10,675 nt of DNA. It comes from Planctomycetota bacterium (GTDB taxonomy: Bacteria; Planctomycetota; GCA-002687715; DRQF01). Below the pieces are notes generated by a model. It had not been told where the DNA came from. It did not search any database and saw only the letters and a program-made list of their open reading frames with translations. Every line of letters starts with the position of its first letter. Within the stretch, counting starts at the first letter, position 1. Below, one piece after another: positions 5,882-10,675 of the stretch. The stretch lies in the NCBI GenBank assembly GCA_036479435.1, contig JAZGFI010000120.1:1-10675 (forward strand), in the 5' to 3' direction. The translations under genes and the position numbers were made by a program.

Positions 5882-8575
5882 GTGAGCATCATTCAAAGCA
5901 CCGACCAAGACAGCCTGGCGACCGGCAAGACGCCCACCGCAACCCGAATGGCCTACCTCGCGGACAACCACCGACAGCTGATTGACGAATCGGCGGTCTC
6001 TGAGGCAATTCTGGCGCAAAGAGGATATTGGACCGCCACGAAGAAATCCCAACTGAGTGAACTCGGATTCGGAAGGAGCCAACAGCGCACTCCGGCTCTT
6101 GTGATCCCGATTCACGGTGTCCACGGGAGCGTCGTCCTGCATCAAATCCGTCCGGATTCCCCGAGGGAAAAAGACGGCAAGAAGCTGAAATACGAGACTC
6201 CACACAACGCCCGCATGGCCGTTGACGTTCCGCCCGCAGCCCGTCCTGACATCGACGACCCCAAGATACCTCTCTTCATCACCGAGGGAGCGCGCAAAGC
6301 AGACGCAGCGGTCTCGAAGGGCCTTTGTTGCATCGGGCTACTGGGGGTCTGGAACTTCCGCGGAACGAATTCAAAGCAAGGAAAGACCGTTCTAGCCGAT
6401 TGGGAGAGCATCGCCCTCAACGATCGGAAGGTCTACATAGCCTACGACAGCGATGTGATGTCCAAGCAAGGCGTGTTTTTGGCTCTAAAGCGAATATCCG
6501 AATTCCTAAAGTCCCGCGGCGCAATAGTCACATTCATCTATCTGCCCGTGGCGAAAGATGGCGGCAAGGTCGGCTTGGATGATTTCTTCGCGTCGGGAAA
6601 AACGGTTGACGATCTTCTTTGTCACTCATCGGCCTCGCTGATCCAACCCACCACCATTCAGAAAGTGCAACCGTCTCCGTACGCCATGCACGACGACGGC
6701 TTCTACTGGTTTGGACCGGCGGGCTACCAGCAGGATCCAGTTCGGCTTTCAAACTTCACCGCGACAATCACCTGCGAAAGGGCATTGGACGATGACATCG
6801 AGTCCTTCCGTGAGTTTGAAATCACTTGCAAGGTCTCGGGCCGCGAGATTCTAATTCGAGTCCGAGCTGACGAGTTCGACGCGATGGCCTGGCCAACCAC
6901 GATGCTTGGATCTGGTGCAGTCGTCATGGCCGGTAGAGCGACCCGGGACCATCTCCGAGTGGCGATCCTCGATCATTCAGACAGCACCATCCGAAAGACG
7001 ATCTACACCCACCTCGGCTGGCGGAGAATCTCTGGCGAGTGGGTCTACCTCAGCGCAGCTGGGACAAATGGGACGGCTGGGACGCCAACTACGGCGGACA
7101 CTTCTCTACCTGCACCGCTCATGTCGGCAACACTTCCGGCCACGCCGAATCAACAAGAACTGGCTGCCGCGATTCGAGCCACCCTCCGCCTCACAGAGGG
7201 CCTGACTTCGGACGAGATCGCCTTCACTCTGATCTCATTGGTTTTTAGGGCAGCGATTAATCGATCCGACTTCACCGTCTGTCTCGTGGGAGAAAGCGGC
7301 ACCTTCAAGACCGAGTTGGCCACCTTGTGCCAACAGTTTTTCGGCGAAGGTTACAACTCCCGAAACCTCCCGGCCAACTGGTCCAACACAGCGAACTTCA
7401 ATCGATCCCTGGCGTTCTCGGCCAAGGACAGCCTCTTGGTCGTGGATGACTTCGTACCGGGAGGAACCTCCCAAGATCGAGCCAAGCTCCAACGGAATGC
7501 CGAAGAGCTACTACGTGGTCAAGGCAACGCCGCTGGCCGGGGTCGTATGAACGCCAACGCCACGCTCCAAACTCAAAGTCCTCCTCGCACGACAATCCTG
7601 ATGACCGCAGAAGAGCTTCCCCAAGGACAATCATTGCGTTCGAGAATGCTAGTGCTGGAGATCTCACGAAGATCGGTTGATGTCGAAGCCTTAACCGAAA
7701 TGCAAGAGCTCGCGCGACAGGGCCGGTTCTCAGCTTGCATGGCGGGATATGTCGCTTTCCTTGCGCCAAACATCCGCTCGATCAGAACTGGTCTTTCGAA
7801 GAGATCCGAAGACCTCCGGGCGACAATCGACATCTCTATCGGTCACGCTCGAATCCCGGAGACTCTCGCGCAACTCTTGATTGGCATAGATCACTTTCTC
7901 AAATTTGCGGAAGAATCCGAAGCGATCAGCTCCGAGGAACGCCACGCGCTACTCCAGCGAGGACGCCGAGCCTTGACTATGACTGGGGCTGGCCAGAACG
8001 AAGATCAGCGCCGCCTGGATCCTTGCCAACAATTTCTGGAGTTCTTGCGTTCCGCGATACTTAGCGGTGTGGCGCACATCGCATCTCTACGCGCCCCCAC
8101 AACGGCTCAATCTGCTTCATCAAATTTTCGCAGCGGCTACCCCGAGCATGCGAACGGCGCGGGAAGTCGAGTCGGTTGGGCCAAAGGCGACGAGGTCTAC
8201 TTGGATCCAAGATCCGCGTTTCGGGTCGCAAGCCGTTTCGCATCAGACTGTGGCGAGAGTTTCACCCTGGGGTTCTCAACTCTTGGAAAGCGACTTCAAG
8301 ACAACGGGATTCTCCTCGCTTCAGAAAAACAACGAGGTCGTGCGACAACTCGAAAGAGCATCGGAGGCAAACGTGTTGGTGTCTGGGTAGTTGACCGATC
8401 CTCTTTATTCCCTAAGGAAGACGTCCCAGCTGTCCCAACTGGCCCAGATCGCTCAACAAGTGACGCGAAGACTCCACTCCGCGACTACATGATTCCGTCG
8501 GCTGTTAGTGCCGAGGACTCCAAGGCCCCCGCAGAATTTGATCGAACTACCCACGACAAGGAGAGCACTGAATGA
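5882..8575 (+). CDS. Primase-helicase replication protein: DUF3854-type TOPRIM primase, DUF927-like region, P-loop ATPase/helicase and C-terminal HTH, 897 aa
   Basis: QIRPDSP..KY, TOPRIM motifs LFITEGARKA and IAYDSD, KVGLDDF; YTHLGWR; Walker A GESGTFKT; Walker B LLVVDDF; LRSR arginine-finger-like motif. GGAGG precedes the GTG. Confidence 0.88.
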   Translation: MSIIQSTDQDSLATGKTPTATRMAYLADNHRQLIDESAVSEAILAQRGYWTATKKSQLSELGFGRSQQRTPALVIPIHGVHGSVVLHQIRPDSPREKDGKKLKYETPHNARMAVDVPPAARPDIDDPKIPLFITEGARKADAAVSKGLCCIGLLGVWNFRGTNSKQGKTVLADWESIALNDRKVYIAYDSDVMSKQGVFLALKRISEFLKSRGAIVTFIYLPVAKDGGKVGLDDFFASGKTVDDLLCHSSASLIQPTTIQKVQPSPYAMHDDGFYWFGPAGYQQDPVRLSNFTATITCERALDDDIESFREFEITCKVSGREILIRVRADEFDAMAWPTTMLGSGAVVMAGRATRDHLRVAILDHSDSTIRKTIYTHLGWRRISGEWVYLSAAGTNGTAGTPTTADTSLPAPLMSATLPATPNQQELAAAIRATLRLTEGLTSDEIAFTLISLVFRAAINRSDFTVCLVGESGTFKTELATLCQQFFGEGYNSRNLPANWSNTANFNRSLAFSAKDSLLVVDDFVPGGTSQDRAKLQRNAEELLRGQGNAAGRGRMNANATLQTQSPPRTTILMTAEELPQGQSLRSRMLVLEISRRSVDVEALTEMQELARQGRFSACMAGYVAFLAPNIRSIRTGLSKRSEDLRATIDISIGHARIPETLAQLLIGIDHFLKFAEESEAISSEERHALLQRGRRALTMTGAGQNEDQRRLDPCQQFLEFLRSAILSGVAHIASLRAPTTAQSASSNFRSGYPEHANGAGSRVGWAKGDEVYLDPRSAFRVASRFASDCGESFTLGFSTLGKRLQDNGILLASEKQRGRATTRKSIGGKRVGVWVVDRSSLFPKEDVPAVPTGPDRSTSDAKTPLRDYMIPSAVSAEDSKAPAEFDRTTHDKESTE
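7059..7084 (+). repeat. Three TGGGAC units at 9-bp period (iteron-like)
   Basis: CTGGGACAAATGGGACGGCTGGGACG; 22/26 identical to the reverse complement of 8422-8447. Confidence 0.75.
8422..8447 (-). repeat. Inverted copy of the 9-bp-period GGGAC array
   Basis: CGTCCCAGCTGTCCCAACTGGCCCAG, whose reverse complement is CTGGGCCAGTTGGGACAGCTGGGACG. Confidence 0.75.
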
Positions 8576-8742
8576 GCCGCCACCCCTCCACCGAACTCGT
8601 CTGCCCCGATTGCTTAGGTCGTTGCCGCCAAAAAGCACCCTTTTGGGCCGCCTGCACTTGGTGCAGTTGGCAGGGCCACCCCGTGGAAGCCGCGGACCTC
8701 GGCCCACCGACCTCTTACACAGAAACGAATCGCCCTTCCTAA
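8572..8742 (+). CDS. Zinc-ribbon microprotein, 56 aa (absent from the ORF track)
   Basis: Hand translation: MSRHPSTELVCPDCLGRCRQKAPFWAACTWCSWQGHPVEAADLGPPTSYTETNRPS*. CxxC-x13-CxxC pattern; ATGA overlap with the primase stop. Confidence 0.7.
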   Translation: MSRHPSTELVCPDCLGRCRQKAPFWAACTWCSWQGHPVEAADLGPPTSYTETNRPS

Positions 8743-8765
8743 TCACCACTTTGGAGAACACCACG

Positions 8766-9032
8766 ATGACCACATCACCAACAAACTATGACCTCAGTCA
8801 GGTCCTGGAGCTCGGCTCACTCAAGACCACCGACGGCCTCAGAACTCTTCACGCTCTTCGGAAAAACATCCAAGACCTCGCCGCAGTCATGGACCACGAA
8901 CTTATTGAGTGCGGCGACCGCAACGACGACATGCGGACCATCGAGATCTTTGCCACAGAGTTCAAGATGTCGATCGACCTCGCAATTGCAGCTCACGCCG
9001 ATAAGGAGACCACCGTATGCGGGCAGCCGTAA
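8766..9032 (+). CDS. Hypothetical helical protein, 88 aa
   Basis: GGAG precedes ATG 8766 (MTTSPTNYDL...). The upstream extension to 8508 overlaps two better-supported genes. Confidence 0.65.
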   Translation: MTTSPTNYDLSQVLELGSLKTTDGLRTLHALRKNIQDLAAVMDHELIECGDRNDDMRTIEIFATEFKMSIDLAIAAHADKETTVCGQP

Positions 9033-9316
9033 GCGCACTCACCGTCAGCAACATCACCTTCATTGCGGGCAGCGACGCAGACATCGATTCCGGTCTTCTT
9101 TGCTTCGTCAAGTTCACGCTCAATGACCAGATCGCTATCGACGGCGTGACTTTGCGGCTGACGAGTTCAGGAAAGTTGACCCTCAGTTTTCCGAAACGGA
9201 AAGACCGAACGGGAAACGAACACCCTTTCCTTTACCCCATCAATGCCACGGCTCGGGCCAACATCGAAGAGCAAGTATTCGCTCGCTTGCCAAGGCGCGC
9301 GGCCCAACGACGATGA
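9017..9316 (+). CDS. SpoVG-family nucleic-acid-binding protein
   Basis: LLCFVKFTLNDQIAIDGVTLR...LTLSFPKRKDRTGNEHPFLYPINATARANIEEQV matches the SpoVG pattern. TAAGGAG precedes the start. Confidence 0.8.
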   Translation: MRAAVSALTVSNITFIAGSDADIDSGLLCFVKFTLNDQIAIDGVTLRLTSSGKLTLSFPKRKDRTGNEHPFLYPINATARANIEEQVFARLPRRAAQRR

Positions 9317-9444
9317 ACCGCCTCGACTCAGATCAAATGAGCAAAGAAGAGCGCCTCAAAGAGCTATCCGAGATCCTCGCACTGGGAATCTTGCGCCGTC
9401 ACCAGATTCAACTGGATACCGACCCCCAAGTTGAGGCTCTATGA
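9313..9444 (+). CDS. 43-aa microprotein of the kind found upstream of DUF2924 genes (absent from the ORF track)
   Basis: Hand translation: MNRLDSDQMSKEERLKELSEILALGILRRHQIQLDTDPQVEAL*. ATGA overlap with the SpoVG-like stop; amphipathic M..EERL.EL..ILA.GILR helix. Confidence 0.7.
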   Translation: MNRLDSDQMSKEERLKELSEILALGILRRHQIQLDTDPQVEAL

Positions 9445-9475
9445 GCACCACCTGTTTAACAGCGAGAAGACCAAA

Positions 9476-9991
9476 ATGTCCAAGCCCCTTCCAAGCGGTC
9501 GGCTCAAACCCCTGGAGTTGATGCGAGCCGATCCCTTCATGGCCGAGCAACTCGAACGGCTTCAAGCGATGTCGATGCCCGAACTACTCGACGAACACAT
9601 TCGCCTGTGGGGCAAGCCATCACGGGTGAAGCACCGTGCCTACATTTGGAAACGATGCGCTCGAAAAATCCAAGAACTGAGATATGGCGGCCTCAGTCGA
9701 AAGGCCCAAGAGCGGCTTGAGGAGCTGATCGGCATGCTTGGCATCGACTTCTCGAGGCCCATCAACGAAGCAGCGCAGGCCGTCCTGAAGCACGACGGCG
9801 GCCTCATCTCTGGCACGACCTTGGTCCGCGAGTGGAAAGGGACTCAGATCATCGTTCACATCCTCGCCAAGGGCTTTGAATACGACGGTGACCACTACCG
9901 AAGCCTCTCCGCGATCGCCAAGGAGATCACGGGATCCCACTGCAATGGCAGAGCTTGGTTCAAACTCACGGAGCGGAAGAAAAGAGCATGA
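9476..9991 (+). CDS. DUF2924 domain-containing protein
   Basis: IQELRYGGLS and GTTLVREWKG...GFEYDGDHYRSLSAIAKEITGSHCNGRAWF signatures; directly upstream of a serine recombinase. Start uncertain (9476 or a later ATG). Confidence 0.88.
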   Translation: MSKPLPSGRLKPLELMRADPFMAEQLERLQAMSMPELLDEHIRLWGKPSRVKHRAYIWKRCARKIQELRYGGLSRKAQERLEELIGMLGIDFSRPINEAAQAVLKHDGGLISGTTLVREWKGTQIIVHILAKGFEYDGDHYRSLSAIAKEITGSHCNGRAWFKLTERKKRA

Positions 9992-10675
9992 CGGCGGCAA
10001 GGAAACGCTCGCACCTCCGCGCCATTCCCCAGGACCAGCCGAAACGGGTCGCCGTTTACACGAGAAAATCGACGACGAAGGGACTGGACGCGGCCTTCAC
10101 GAGCCTCGATAGCCAACGGGAATCCATCCTCGCCTACATCACATCGCAAACGCACCAGGGCTGGGCAGCCATCGAAGAGACCTACGACGACGGCGGTTTC
10201 TCCGGCGGCACGACCGATCGGCCCGCGTTTCAACGCTTGCTCAAAGACGTTCGGGACGGGCGAATCGACGTGATCGCCTGCTACAAAATCGACCGCGTCA
10301 GTCGGTCGCTCCCTGACTTCACCAACATCATGGCGGAGTTCGAAAAACACGGAGTCGCGCTGGTCTCGATCACCGAGAGTTTCGACACCTCTTCTCCGAT
10401 GGGCCGGATGACGCTCAACTTGCTAGCGACTTTCGCGCAGTTCGAACGCGAGATGATTTCCGAACGCACGCGCGACAAAATGGCAGCGACCCGAAGAAAA
10501 GGAATGTGGGCGGGCGGAACGCCGCCACACGGGTTCCGCGCCGTCGATCAAAAGTTGGTGCCGGATTCAGAATATGCCGAGCAGGTTCCAGAGATGTTTC
10601 GCGAGTATCTTCGAATCGGAACGCTCAAGGGATTAGCCCAGGAGTTTCACCGCCGCGGCTGGCGCACTCGAAGAG
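9988..10675 (+). CDS. Large serine recombinase (resolvase domain plus start of recombinase domain), truncated by the window edge
   Basis: Hand translation from ATG 9988 (ATGA overlap): VAVYTRKST (catalytic Ser), SLDSQRE, YDDGGFSGGTTDRPAFQRLL, YKIDRVSRS, FAQFEREMISERTRDK, GMWAGGTPPHGF. Open to the window end, so missing from the ORF track. Confidence 0.95.
   Translation, partial: MTAARKRSHLRAIPQDQPKRVAVYTRKSTTKGLDAAFTSLDSQRESILAYITSQTHQGWAAIEETYDDGGFSGGTTDRPAFQRLLKDVRDGRIDVIACYKIDRVSRSLPDFTNIMAEFEKHGVALVSITESFDTSSPMGRMTLNLLATFAQFEREMISERTRDKMAATRRKGMWAGGTPPHGFRAVDQKLVPDSEYAEQVPEMFREYLRIGTLKGLAQEFHRRGWRTRR

Larger units (their letters stand above)
880..10675 (+). mobile_element. Integrative element of DUF2924/large serine recombinase type with a primase-helicase (phage-satellite/IME-like); ends not defined
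   Basis: Co-oriented, often stop/start-overlapping genes for ParB-MTase, terminase-small-like protein, tyrosine recombinase, primase-helicase, SpoVG-like, DUF2924 and serine recombinase. No structural phage or T4SS genes in the window. att sites were not identified. Confidence 0.8.

Noticed and set aside
5657..6205. Minus-strand 182-aa ORF as a divergent repressor
   Set aside because: It overlaps the primase N-terminus and has no HTH or other recognisable motif.
7289..7312. Walker A GESGTFKT with Phe before the Lys as a sign of an inactive helicase
   Set aside because: The catalytic KT, Walker B and the rest of the ORF are intact, so a substitution at this position alone does not show inactivation.
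8508..8765. N-terminal extension of the 174-aa ORF 8508-9032
   Set aside because: Pro/Arg-rich out-of-frame reading of the primase end and the Zn-ribbon ORF. The RBS supports a start at 8766.
9017..9316. SpoVG as evidence of a sporulation locus
   Set aside because: SpoVG-like proteins occur widely in non-sporulating bacteria and mobile elements, and no other sporulation genes are present.
1..10675. CRISPR array, tRNA/rRNA, integron attC array or IS element
   Set aside because: No repeat-spacer periodicity, cloverleaf, repeated attC-like sites or transposase motifs were seen by eye.

Overview
Most of the window (about 880 to beyond the right edge) reads as one integrative mobile element on the + strand with no capsid, tail or conjugation genes visible, i.e. 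phage-satellite/IME-like. In order it encodes: a ParB-N/DNA methyltransferase fusion, a terminase-small-subunit-like HTH protein plus two coupled small ORFs, a stand-alone integrase core-binding-domain protein, a XerC/D-type tyrosine recombinase, a 297-aa unknown, a DUF3854-type TOPRIM primase-helicase, a Zn-ribbon microprotein, an 88-aa unknown, a SpoVG-like protein, a 43-aa microprotein, a DUF2924 protein and a large serine recombinase truncated at the edge. On the left, a divergent AT-hook/winged-helix DNA-binding gene has its own promoter and terminator, followed by the start of another minus-strand gene. The most unusual signals are (i) a catalytically empty paralog of the tyrosine recombinase N-terminus next to the recombinase, (ii) an imperfect inverted repeat with a dif-like dyad that starts inside the recombinase 3' end and brackets the 297-aa gene, and (iii) two inverted 9-bp-period GGGAC arrays hidden inside the primase-helicase CDS. 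All family calls come from motif recognition by eye; no searches were run.
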